64,000 nt of DNA from a virus. Below the pieces are notes generated by a model. That model ran no database searches. It was not told the DNA's origin and was given only the letters and a program-made list of their open reading frames with translations. Shown here piece by piece: positions 27,647 to 38,300 of the stretch; the first letter of the stretch is position 1; every line of letters starts with the position of its first letter. The position numbers and the translations under genes are program-made. The stretch is taken from the IMG/VR virus record IMGVR_UViG_3300045988_061891. The stretch is one strand, 5' to 3'.

Positions 27647-29521
27647 ATGGCAAATTATAGTTTAATACTAGATACAAAGTTTAAGCCATTTTCTTATCAG
27701 GAAATGCTGGCACCTGTAGCTGCTTCTACACAAGCACACCAAGCCTTGGAAGAGGAGTATAATGAACTTGCTGCTAAGGCCAATGTGTGGGATAGATTGG
27801 CAAATGAGCAGACTGACTCTAAGGCTTATAAGATGTATAAGACTTATGCTGATGACCTTTCTGCAAGGGCAGATGACTTAATGAAGTATGGTCTTAATGT
27901 CTCAAGTAGAAAGGGAATGCTTGATATGAGAACTAGATACAGTAAGGAGATAGTTCCTATTGAGGTTGCATACAAAAGAAGAGAAGACCTCGCAAAAGAA
28001 CAGAGAGATGCCATGAAAGTCGACTCTACCTTAAGATACCAAAGATATGCAAGAGAAATGAGTCTTGATGACTTTATCGACGACCCATCTTTAGACTATG
28101 GGAAATCCTACTCTGGGGATTTACTTGCTAAGCAAGTATCTAAAGTTGCTGCTAACTATGCTGAAGTTCTTACAAGAGAGGGAGGTCTTGAAAGTTTAGG
28201 ACTTCCATACCAATATAAGTCTAGAATAGGATATGGAGCAACACCAGAAGAGATACTGGCTGTTATCAATGATGCTGCCTTGAAAGGACATGAGGGAGCA
28301 ATTAAGTTCTTAAAAGGTGCTAGAGACCAGGTACTGCAATCTTCAGGTGTACTAGATTGGACAGACCCTGATTCTGAAACTCGTAAGTTTTTTGTATCCT
28401 CTGCAAATCGAGGGTTATTTAGTGCTCTTGGTAAAACAGAACTTAAGAACTATACTGATTCCTATAGTATGGAAGATGCTCTTAAGAAAAAAGCTGCGCA
28501 AGATGAGATAGATAGACAGAACAGAATTACTAGAGGTAACATTCCAATAGATATACATCATCTATCATCTCCTCATCAAGAAGGCGTAAAAGGTGCTGAT
28601 ATTGCTAAACAATTACAAGGCAGATTGGGACTTTCAGGAGCTTTAAATGGAAGATATGCTGTGAATATTGACTTAGGTCCTCTTGTAGTAGGAATTACCA
28701 AGTACAGTACTATCGATAAATTTGGAAATGAAACTTTCAGGGCTACTTTTAAAAATAAAACTGGAGGTACCACTATAAAGATATTCAACAGTAGACATCA
28801 GTTATATGACAGAAAGACTATAGTCAACCAGGGTGGAGATGAGGCTAGTAGGAAAGCACTTGGAAAGTGGTATGATAAGACACTCTCCATGCTGAAGGCC
28901 AACGTAACACCTGACAAGTATGGCCATTGGACAGTAGCAGGTATATCAAAACAGTTAAAGGGTATCTATCAAGACAACGCAGGGATTACTATGGGAGCTA
29001 TGAAAATAAACTTTGGTGAAGAGGAGAATAAAAAAGTTCTCAGTACACTGCTTCCAGAACTTACTTCAGGAGACGAAACCTCAATCTATGAGATTACTGA
29101 ATTCTCAAGAGATGGAAAGATTACTAGAGGAAGTAAAGCTAAAGAGTCTGACTTTAAGGACGATAAAGGAAATATTATAGGCACCCCTATGTACTATGCT
29201 AGTCCAATTGCCAATACAGACGGACTTATTATGAAGTTCAAAGGCAAAACGTATCTCATTCCAAGAGAAAAGTTAGGTAGTCTAGGTGAACACACGTATC
29301 AAATAAGTATACCAAATTTACAGAAGGCTAAACAAATAAAGGATAACTTAATAGCAAGATATGGAGAACCAGCTTATTATAACTCTAAAGAAGGACAAAT
29401 GGTAGAGGAAATGTTGGATAACTATGGGGCTGCATATCTAAGAGCCGCAGGAACTACGTTAGGTTACTCCCTTAAAGTACCTTCATATACTCTTTCAGGA
29501 AATGATAATCAAGGAATATAA
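27647..29521 (+). CDS. Internal virion / cargo protein candidate
   Basis: 624-aa ORF packed 1 nt after the previous stop, in the same operon as two other large proteins. Confidence 0.4.
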   Translation: MANYSLILDTKFKPFSYQEMLAPVAASTQAHQALEEEYNELAAKANVWDRLANEQTDSKAYKMYKTYADDLSARADDLMKYGLNVSSRKGMLDMRTRYSKEIVPIEVAYKRREDLAKEQRDAMKVDSTLRYQRYAREMSLDDFIDDPSLDYGKSYSGDLLAKQVSKVAANYAEVLTREGGLESLGLPYQYKSRIGYGATPEEILAVINDAALKGHEGAIKFLKGARDQVLQSSGVLDWTDPDSETRKFFVSSANRGLFSALGKTELKNYTDSYSMEDALKKKAAQDEIDRQNRITRGNIPIDIHHLSSPHQEGVKGADIAKQLQGRLGLSGALNGRYAVNIDLGPLVVGITKYSTIDKFGNETFRATFKNKTGGTTIKIFNSRHQLYDRKTIVNQGGDEASRKALGKWYDKTLSMLKANVTPDKYGHWTVAGISKQLKGIYQDNAGITMGAMKINFGEEENKKVLSTLLPELTSGDETSIYEITEFSRDGKITRGSKAKESDFKDDKGNIIGTPMYYASPIANTDGLIMKFKGKTYLIPREKLGSLGEHTYQISIPNLQKAKQIKDNLIARYGEPAYYNSKEGQMVEEMLDNYGAAYLRAAGTTLGYSLKVPSYTLSGNDNQGI

Positions 29522-32500
29522 TGGCTAAAAAAAGTATAACAGAAACAGGTCCTAAGGCTCTGAGAGGTGTAAGAAACCCAGATTTATACCCAACTCAGAG
29601 TCTAGGACTCTCAGATATAGAGGCCCAAAGTATTAGAGATGAACTTGCTAGGTCTACTTATGCTAATTATGAAGCAGCACATGGTCATTTGGGGTATCAA
29701 GGGTTAAATGACCCTTCCTTATATGCTCCAATAATTGATACAAGTCTTCCAGGCTATGGAGATTCTATGTATGACAAAGGAATCCTTACTGATGCTACAC
29801 CTGCTGATGTACAAGACCAAAGAGCAGCTAACCAACCTGTGTGGGCAAAGGCAGGAGCAGGTGTCCTAAAAGGAACAGGTTTGGCTGCATCTACTTTTAT
29901 AAGTGATACTGTAGGTTTTGTTGACGGAGTAGTAGAATCTATTATAGACGGGGATTTATCAAGAATGTGGGATAATACAGTTACTCAATCTGTAGATGCC
30001 TTCAATCGTGGTATGGAATCGGTACTTCCAAATTACTATAGTCAAGATGAACTCCAAAACCCTTTTGCTCTTCGTAATATATTTAGTGCAAATACCATAT
30101 TTGATAAGTTTGTTAAGAATATTGGATTCACTATAGGTGCTGCATATTCAGGTGGTATATACTCTAAAATGATAGGTGGAATTGCAAAAGGTCTAGGCTA
30201 TGCAAAGGGAGCCTCTAAGATATTCAAACTTGGGGACATTGCCAAGGATAGAATGAAAGAGATGACCACTATTCAGAAGCTTAATACTCTAGGAAAATTA
30301 GGAGTGAAAGCAGTAGAGCAGTCCTCTAAGGTAAAAGCATCAAAGGCACTGGCAGGTTCCATTATGAATGCTTTTGCTGAAGGTACCATAGAAGCAGAGT
30401 CCAATACAAATGATGCCATTAGAGTACAAGCTGCTGAGCTTGATAATAGAGTTCAGCAGGATAAGGAGGCTGCACTGTCTGAGATACAAGAAAGAGTTTA
30501 CAATGGTGATATTACTCCAGAAGAAGCTAATACTTTACTAGCTCAGAAGTATGCGGAAATAGATAATGCAGCTGCTCTGTCAAAGAAAAAGATGGAGGAA
30601 AATCGTACTAAGATAGGTGACGGTATTCTTATTGCTAACCTTCCTATATTAACTCTTGATAACTTCTTGATGTTTGGCAAGATGTACGCAGGAGGGTGGA
30701 AAGCTGCTAGAAATCAAGTCAACACTGTTACCAGAGTTAAGAAAGAGGCTATGAGAGAAGCCAAGGAAGCTGCTAAAAGAGGAGATAGAACTCTTCTTGA
30801 GAACCTCAAAAGAGTTGAGAATACCCCATTCGGTAAACTCTCTGATGCAGATAGAGCATTCCTTGAAGAGGTACCAGAACATGGATTAATGGATAACAAG
30901 CTGATTGCTCTCACTAAATCTCCTATAAGAGAAGGTAATGAGGAAATGATGCAGGCCTGGGCATCAGAAACTTATATGGACTTATATAAGAGAGATGCTG
31001 ACTATGTATATGACTCCAAGGTGAATCCCGACGCAGCAGAACAATTTGGAGATTTTTGGTCGGAGTTTTGGAAGTCTCATAAAAGAGGATTTGAGAATAG
31101 TTATGGGAATCCACAGAGATGGGAAGAGTTTATGATTGGTGCTCTGACGGGAGTAATGGGTGCTCCTACATTTGGTAGAACTAATAATAGTACAGAACAA
31201 ACTTGGCTTGGAAGAAACAAAGTAGTAGGACTTACTGGTGGTATCGCAGCTGATTTAAAAGACCTTAGGGCTTCTAGACAAGAAAGGTTAGAGGTGGCTC
31301 AGCATATAGATAGAATAATGCACGACCCTAATCTGAAAAATAGATTGGAGCATGTAAGAGCACAGATTGCTCTTAACAATGATAAGCAGGCAGCAGTAGA
31401 GCTGAAGGATAAGAAAATGTATAAAGATGCTGAAACTGCGGCTCTATTTGAAGACATTATGTATCTTAAGAGAGCAAACAAACTTGACTTGTTAGATGGA
31501 ATCATTGATTCTATGGAAAATGTAAGTGATGAAGATGCCCAAGCCATTATAGATGCTACTACTGAATATATGTCTGCCACTCAGCCCGATGTTGACACAC
31601 ACAGACAGGAGATTGATAGATTAGACCATACTGCCTCCGATATTTGGGAAAGGATGCAAGAATTGGGAGGTCAAATAAGTGAAGCTCTTGAAGCTGGAGA
31701 TGAGGTCTCAGCTCATGCCTTAGGTGATAGAGTAGCTGCTCTGAACCAACAACTTGAAGAGGTTAAGGAAGCTCGTGATAGCCACCAGCAATCTCTTGAT
31801 AGTATATCTAAGAAAAGAATTTCCCCCTATGTCAAACCTGATGGTACTGTATTTACACCTGATGAAGTTAGACAGGCTTTTGCTGAGAAGACTAAAAAGA
31901 TGAAAGACTTCATTAAGATGGTATCTGATGTGCAAGATGAAATAGACCTTAGTACTAGTGAGATACTTAGTGACAATCAACTTGCTACGCTCACTTATTA
32001 TCAAGTTGCTAAGAATGACTGGATTAATAGAGGTGCTAACATAATAAAAGATTTGAAGGACACTCTAGTTAACTCCAATATGACAGACATTCTGAGAAAG
32101 CACATTCATAGGCATCGGGAGCAGTTTGAATTGGAAGCTCAGGCTTCTGGAGGATTCAGTCATGAGGAGGCTCAGGCGAGAGTAGAACAGACTCTCAAAA
32201 ATCTTGATACACTTGATAGTAACCTTAGTCAGTTCCTAGAAAATAATCCTGAAGCTCTTATATCTATGCTGACTAATGTGGATAGTATAAGTACTACAGA
32301 TAAGGAGGGAAATGTCTCTACTACAAACCTAAAGGATATATTCCTACAGACTTTGAACAGTGCTATAGAAACCGACCCCCTACTATCAGATAATGAAAAG
32401 GCAGAAGCAAAAACTAATGTTGAAGACCTGGGTAAGATGATTGATTCTCTTAAAGAGAAGAATCAAATATTCAAAGATGCACTTGCAAACCCTGGCAATA

Positions 32501-35304
32501 TAGAGAGGAGACAGGCTGCTATTGATAGCAAGCACTTGAATAGAAAGCAGAAGAAGTTGATTAACAAGTTTAAGGAGGAAGTTGATTTCGAAGACCCTCT
32601 ATCCATCAAAGCTGCCTATAATAAGCACAAGAGTGATATTAACGAGATGGGTCTTGACAAGTTCCTCAAGAACTTTACTAAAGCGGAACAGGGTGCTATA
32701 AAGGGTGCTATAGGAAATGCCTCTGCAAAACAAATCATTTCTGGTATCATTGATGACGATATTAATGAAGATGGTGCTGTTAAGAGTGCTGCTAAACAAG
32801 TTCTAGATGGAATAGAGGATTTATCCCCAGAAGGTCTACATAAGTTAAGTACTGATTCATCAGTAGATGAAGCTATTGTCAAGGCAGCTTCTGAACTAGT
32901 AGAAGGTATCAACGATGATGATGTAGTAAAGGCTGCCAAGCAAGCTGAGTTTGAAAGTCATATAAAGGAACTCCTTGAAAAAGCGGCTAAGGAAGCCTCT
33001 GAAGCTATAGAGGAGAAGATGAAGGACTTAGCAGGAAAAAGAGAAGTTGAAGATAGTAGTGGAACTTACAGTTCTGACAAAAACACAAGTCCTACTGGCA
33101 AGGCTTCTAAAGCAGATGATGAAGGTACGCCTGACCCACATCCAAACCCAGGTTATGCTAGTACTGACTCAGCTACAGGTCCCTCTCCCGCAGCAGGAAC
33201 TGAAGGCCCAAGCCCTGGCACTGTAGAAGCATCAATTGACAGAGAAGATGAGTATGATGCTAATGAGAATAAGAGTGAGAGCAAAGTAAAAACAGTTAGA
33301 CAGAAGGCTGTAGGTCTTAGTAAGCAAGACCCCAAGAACAATAATAATCTTGCTTTCAGAAGGCAGCTTACTGAGTTTTATATCTTTGGTGAATATGGAC
33401 AGAAACTTGCTGATTGGTATGAGCAAGATAAGAGTAGAGTACCAGACCCTCTTGATGCTGATTCTTTTATAGCTTATTTAAGAGCAGTAACTGACTTCTT
33501 AAATAAGAATGGAGCTTTTACTTATGTAAGTGGTGTCAATAAGGACAATAGTCTTACTAATGGTCAAGAAATATGGTTTGATGTAGAAGAAAGTCTTACT
33601 GATGCTAACGGTGTAAAAGTGGTAGTAATTAAGACTCTTGATAGTCAAAATAATGAGCAAGTCATAGGCACTATAAGAACTCAGTATGAGTTTGAGGCTT
33701 ATGATGCTGCTGTAGAAGATGGAAGACAAGAGAGGAGCAAATCTATTGAAGCTCAGAAAGAACTTTATGAAGAGGTTATAAGGAGACATGAGAATGGTAT
33801 TACTGACAAGGTTACTACCAAAGTAGACAAACTGACGAAAGGCAGCTTGCCTCTAGTACAGCTAAATAGCACTGTAGCAGAAGTATTTGAAGTAAATGAT
33901 TCTACTGAAGATTCTGCTGTACCTATAATAGGTGTCGCTGCTCCTAGAACTGCTAATAGTCCTACCATTATAATACACAATGGTAATAGGGCAGACAATG
34001 TGGCAGAAGTGGACTCAGCAGTATTATTACCTGGTCAAGTGTATATACTTATTCCTTCCAATACAGGACAATATGTACCTGCCTTATGTACCTCTACTCC
34101 TATATCAGAACTTAATAGTAATGATTGGTATATACAGCAAGCTGCCAATGCTCTGTGGGACGTTTTTGAGAAAGGTGTTTCCAAAAAGAATGAGTTTGTC
34201 AAATGGCTTCCTGTGAAAGACTTTCATATCAATTTAAGGAGAAAGAATGAGCAAGGTAAATGGGAAGATGCTGCACTAGGCTCGGCTGATGCAGCCTTCA
34301 TAAAGTTTATTGGTAAGGACGGTAAAGAAGTTAATAGGACTGTGCCTCTCAAAGATGCAGAAGGTGACCCTCTTTCTAGAGAAACTATAATGGCAGACTT
34401 AACTAAGTTCATTATGGATACAGGTAAGTACCAAAAGCTATATACTAATGTAGATAAGAAAAAATTAAGTGACCTTAACTACGTTCGTAATGTATCAAAG
34501 TATCTTCATGTTAACTTACCGAGAGGTCTCGGTGGGCAGCATACTATGAATGATGGTTTTCTATATACTCCTACTAGCATAGAGAGACAACATACTGATG
34601 GTACAACTGTTCCTAAGACTCCAGTAAAAACTCAAACAACTCCTCAAGGTACTTCTAAGTTAGTTATATACAAGGGTAAGAAATACACTGTTGACATGGC
34701 TGGTCAGGTACTTGATAGTAAGAATACACCTATAAGAGGTAAACTTGCGGAAGAGATTAAGAAGACTATGAGCGGTACTACAGTAGCTCCTACAACAAGT
34801 ACTAAGAAGCAGTCAACTAGAAAGCCAACTACTGACCCCTTTAACACGCGAGGAAGAAGCAGAAGAAAACCTGCTGCACCAGTTAAGACTGAAACTGAAG
34901 ACCTAAAGACTGTATTTGATGAGATACAAACTCAAAAGGGTTCTGATGTCCCAGTTCTAATGGCTCTAAATTTTCTAGATGAGCAATTTTCTTATGAGGG
35001 TTATGTTGCTGCAATTCAACTAATGCTTAAGATACGACAAACGGGGAATACCCCTCTAACTAATCATATTATCACTAAGGAACAATATGAGAGATTGGGT
35101 AAGGCTCTAAGCCAAACTACCACAGATGAAACTAAAGTCTTAAGTGGTAGAGGTATGTTTGTAGCATATAAGGATGATATTGCTGATTATGAGATGGCTC
35201 ATATGCAAGACTTATCAGAGTATCTTAAAGCTAGAAACATCAGTACAGAAGATTATAAAAAACTATCTCTTGAAGATAAAATAAGTATCTTACACTGTAT
35301 GTAA
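29521..35304 (+). CDS. Giant coiled-coil-rich internal virion / cargo protein candidate
   Basis: 1927 aa. It has N-terminal Gly-rich hydrophobic segments, very long charged helical regions and a Pro/Gly/Ser low-complexity linker (TPDPHPNPGYASTDSATGPSPAAGTEGPSPG). Confidence 0.4.
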   Translation: MAKKSITETGPKALRGVRNPDLYPTQSLGLSDIEAQSIRDELARSTYANYEAAHGHLGYQGLNDPSLYAPIIDTSLPGYGDSMYDKGILTDATPADVQDQRAANQPVWAKAGAGVLKGTGLAASTFISDTVGFVDGVVESIIDGDLSRMWDNTVTQSVDAFNRGMESVLPNYYSQDELQNPFALRNIFSANTIFDKFVKNIGFTIGAAYSGGIYSKMIGGIAKGLGYAKGASKIFKLGDIAKDRMKEMTTIQKLNTLGKLGVKAVEQSSKVKASKALAGSIMNAFAEGTIEAESNTNDAIRVQAAELDNRVQQDKEAALSEIQERVYNGDITPEEANTLLAQKYAEIDNAAALSKKKMEENRTKIGDGILIANLPILTLDNFLMFGKMYAGGWKAARNQVNTVTRVKKEAMREAKEAAKRGDRTLLENLKRVENTPFGKLSDADRAFLEEVPEHGLMDNKLIALTKSPIREGNEEMMQAWASETYMDLYKRDADYVYDSKVNPDAAEQFGDFWSEFWKSHKRGFENSYGNPQRWEEFMIGALTGVMGAPTFGRTNNSTEQTWLGRNKVVGLTGGIAADLKDLRASRQERLEVAQHIDRIMHDPNLKNRLEHVRAQIALNNDKQAAVELKDKKMYKDAETAALFEDIMYLKRANKLDLLDGIIDSMENVSDEDAQAIIDATTEYMSATQPDVDTHRQEIDRLDHTASDIWERMQELGGQISEALEAGDEVSAHALGDRVAALNQQLEEVKEARDSHQQSLDSISKKRISPYVKPDGTVFTPDEVRQAFAEKTKKMKDFIKMVSDVQDEIDLSTSEILSDNQLATLTYYQVAKNDWINRGANIIKDLKDTLVNSNMTDILRKHIHRHREQFELEAQASGGFSHEEAQARVEQTLKNLDTLDSNLSQFLENNPEALISMLTNVDSISTTDKEGNVSTTNLKDIFLQTLNSAIETDPLLSDNEKAEAKTNVEDLGKMIDSLKEKNQIFKDALANPGNIERRQAAIDSKHLNRKQKKLINKFKEEVDFEDPLSIKAAYNKHKSDINEMGLDKFLKNFTKAEQGAIKGAIGNASAKQIISGIIDDDINEDGAVKSAAKQVLDGIEDLSPEGLHKLSTDSSVDEAIVKAASELVEGINDDDVVKAAKQAEFESHIKELLEKAAKEASEAIEEKMKDLAGKREVEDSSGTYSSDKNTSPTGKASKADDEGTPDPHPNPGYASTDSATGPSPAAGTEGPSPGTVEASIDREDEYDANENKSESKVKTVRQKAVGLSKQDPKNNNNLAFRRQLTEFYIFGEYGQKLADWYEQDKSRVPDPLDADSFIAYLRAVTDFLNKNGAFTYVSGVNKDNSLTNGQEIWFDVEESLTDANGVKVVVIKTLDSQNNEQVIGTIRTQYEFEAYDAAVEDGRQERSKSIEAQKELYEEVIRRHENGITDKVTTKVDKLTKGSLPLVQLNSTVAEVFEVNDSTEDSAVPIIGVAAPRTANSPTIIIHNGNRADNVAEVDSAVLLPGQVYILIPSNTGQYVPALCTSTPISELNSNDWYIQQAANALWDVFEKGVSKKNEFVKWLPVKDFHINLRRKNEQGKWEDAALGSADAAFIKFIGKDGKEVNRTVPLKDAEGDPLSRETIMADLTKFIMDTGKYQKLYTNVDKKKLSDLNYVRNVSKYLHVNLPRGLGGQHTMNDGFLYTPTSIERQHTDGTTVPKTPVKTQTTPQGTSKLVIYKGKKYTVDMAGQVLDSKNTPIRGKLAEEIKKTMSGTTVAPTTSTKKQSTRKPTTDPFNTRGRSRRKPAAPVKTETEDLKTVFDEIQTQKGSDVPVLMALNFLDEQFSYEGYVAAIQLMLKIRQTGNTPLTNHIITKEQYERLGKALSQTTTDETKVLSGRGMFVAYKDDIADYEMAHMQDLSEYLKARNISTEDYKKLSLEDKISILHCM

Positions 35305-35321
35305 GACAAACTGTTTGTAGA

Positions 35322-35363
35322 AAAAAAAATAAGGGCAGAGGTCATTAGACCCCTGCCCTTTTT
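35322..35363. terminator. Bidirectional intrinsic terminator at the convergence point of the two arms
   Basis: Hairpin gggcagagg / cccctgccc with one mismatch, flanked by a 10-nt A-run upstream and a 5-nt T-run downstream. Confidence 0.75.
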
Positions 35364-35390
35364 CACATGTTGTTAAAAAAACCCTCAGAG

Positions 35391-38300
35391 CTATTTATTA
35401 TCATAATAGCTCTCAATATATTCAGGATGGGCAACCTTATCAATTTGTCTGTACCATCCTGAGAGAGGAGACTTTAATAAGCCTCTTTCTCCTTTACTCT
35501 TACCACTATATCTTCCAGATTCTACATCTTCAAACCAATTTGGCACCCATAAAGCCTCCATTAATCCCTGTATTCCATCAAGCATGGATGTAGCAGCAAT
35601 TGGGGAATTGAGTATCTTAACTCCTTCTATAGGAGTGGCTAGTGGGAATAAAGCACCGAGTTCTGTTACTGCTCTTTGACTTATTGCTGCAAGTAATCTC
35701 TTTCCCCATACTCTATGTTCTCCTTTATCTGCTTTAAGCATTAGGGATATACCGAGTACTATCAAGAATTGAACAGTTTCAGATAGTGCTCTTCTGACAT
35801 TTCTTTGCTGCGGTTCTGTAAGTTCCTGCCAATGTAGGGCAATATTTAGTTGTCCATTCTTAAGGTCTTTCCGAAGATGGTTCATAAACCTGAAAGTTGT
35901 TCTATAGAAACCTTCTGTTTTTCTTCCACCTTCAAGACTTGTTGCTGCTTTACCAAACCTCTTTCTATATTGAGAGGGCATCCAGTCTCTATATTGCATA
36001 AGGAACTTACCCATTATAGTATTTCTGGCTTCAATGGTATCTTCCGTGTTATATACACCGAAGAGTCCCTTATTCATCTCCCATATCTTATCTATAAGTT
36101 CAACAATATCTTTCTCAGAGAAATCTTCGCCCTTATCATTCTTAACACCCTCCTTAAGTACTAGTTTGTTTCCAGCATGAGGGTTGGTATCATCTACTGG
36201 CACAAGGTCAAATATGTCAAGAATACTGTCAATAGGTTTCCCATTAAGTGTAATTCCACTATGACTGAGTAATGCTAGACCTACTCTGGTATAGAGCCAG
36301 TGGTCACCCATTTCCTGACCTATAAATTGTAATGAAGGTCCAAATATTCTTGTTATTAAGTTCCTATTTACAAAGTCTTGGTGTCTAACATTTTTGCTAA
36401 AGTTAGCCTTCATATTAAATAACTCTGCTACTAGGCTTAATTTGTTATATTTCACCCTACTGCCAAAATCCCCTATAAGTCCAGGTAGGTTCTTTATATA
36501 GGTTTTATCAGCTCTAGCAAGTTCCTTAGGACTGAAGTATTCCTGTGCAAAAGCTTCAATGTTGGTCATTCCTATACCTGATACTATATTAGCTACATTG
36601 GCAAAAGCATTGAGACCAAGTTGTACATAAGCTCCCAGTTTCAAGACTTTATTAGCTACTTTATGGGCATCCATACCAAGTACTGTGTCTTCAGATTCAT
36701 CTTGGACTCTACCGTATATTTTAGTTTTAAACAGGTTATTCAGAGCCTTTCCAAAGTTAGAAGAGGCAGCATCAATAGTAGCTCTGTCAACCGTGGCTTC
36801 AGTTCCTCTATTATTCCTTTCCATTACTGGAAGACCCCTTCTTCTCATACCTATTTTTCTTTGAGTAACTGGGTCAAGGAGTACATGCTTACCTACCTCA
36901 AGAGCATCCACCACATCAGACAGGGCATCATACTGATATACCATATCCCCATAGGCTATGAGGGTACTGATAACATCAGTTGATATATCCTTGGCGTGCT
37001 CCTCATCAGCAGACAAGTATAAGATAGGAAGCATCATTCTTTCTTTACCAGACATATCTCTCAGACCATGAGTATATGTTACCTCGTCATCAAAACTCTT
37101 CTTGAAAGTCTCATTGAGAGATTCTCTGATATTACTTATAGCATCTCCCTTAAGGGCACCTCTTAATCTTTCTATAGCTGACTTCCTAATCTTGATAGAA
37201 TTTGTGAGGAAAGTTCTGCCACCAAGATACATATCAAGTTCAGCTTTAATATCTATCCACTCATCATAAAAATCTTTCTGTACTTCACTTAAAGACTCAT
37301 ACTTGCTAGGATATAATTCCTTGTCTGGTACTCTGGTTCTCTTTCCATTCTCATAGACTGGTTTAGTGTTAGCTTCTATCCAAGCCTGTTCCTCAAACTT
37401 TTTCTTCTGATACTCAGGAGTTCCAATCTGATTACCATATTTGGCATCAAGTTCAGCAAGTTTTGCTTTATAAGCCTTATCATAAGCTGTCCTACTGTAT
37501 TCAGTATTTACATACCTCATCTTGTCATCTTCAAACATGAAGTCATAAGACCTTATACCTTTAGCTTCATACTTTATGCCTAGAGCCAATATTTTCTGCT
37601 GTAGAGCTATTACCTTAAGATTCTTCTGATGTTTGGCATCTTTTATAATCTTATCAAAAGCTTGTAACAGGGTATCTGGAGTATCAGCCATAGTAGCAAG
37701 CCACCTCTGTGCCCATGAAAGGTCAACATCAGACTCCTTCATAAGGTCTTCCACAGTTACCTTCTTAAACTTGCCTGGGTTATCAGGGTCAGCTATCTCA
37801 ATGGTATCTCCTATAAACTGAGCAAGGAACTTAGCAAATAGAGGTCCTGCTAGAGTATTATATTGATTTTCAAGATTGTCCAACATAATACTAAGGGTCC
37901 CTAAGGCTTCATTTATAACTTTTAGTCCACTACCAAGACCATTTGTGGGGTCATCAGCCAGCTTTCTATAATCAGGGTCAATGTCAAGGTCAGGCATGTT
38001 CCTTATAAGTGAGCCGAGGAATGGTTTAGCTCCACGAAATTCCTCCCCATTCTTAAGCAACTGATTATTCTCAGTACCAAGGTATTCCTTAGGAGCTTTC
38101 TTCGTACTGACAGAATATTGTGCAGTACCACTACCAGCTCCTAGAGGCTTAGGATAACTCACAGAAATAGGAATCACATTAATACTCTTTACCTTAATGC
38201 CATATCTTTGCTCAAGGAACTTCTTATAGAGAGTCAGCTGTTTTCTCCACTTCTCAAGCTTAGCTTCATCAATTTTACCTCTATGGGTCTTCATATCATA

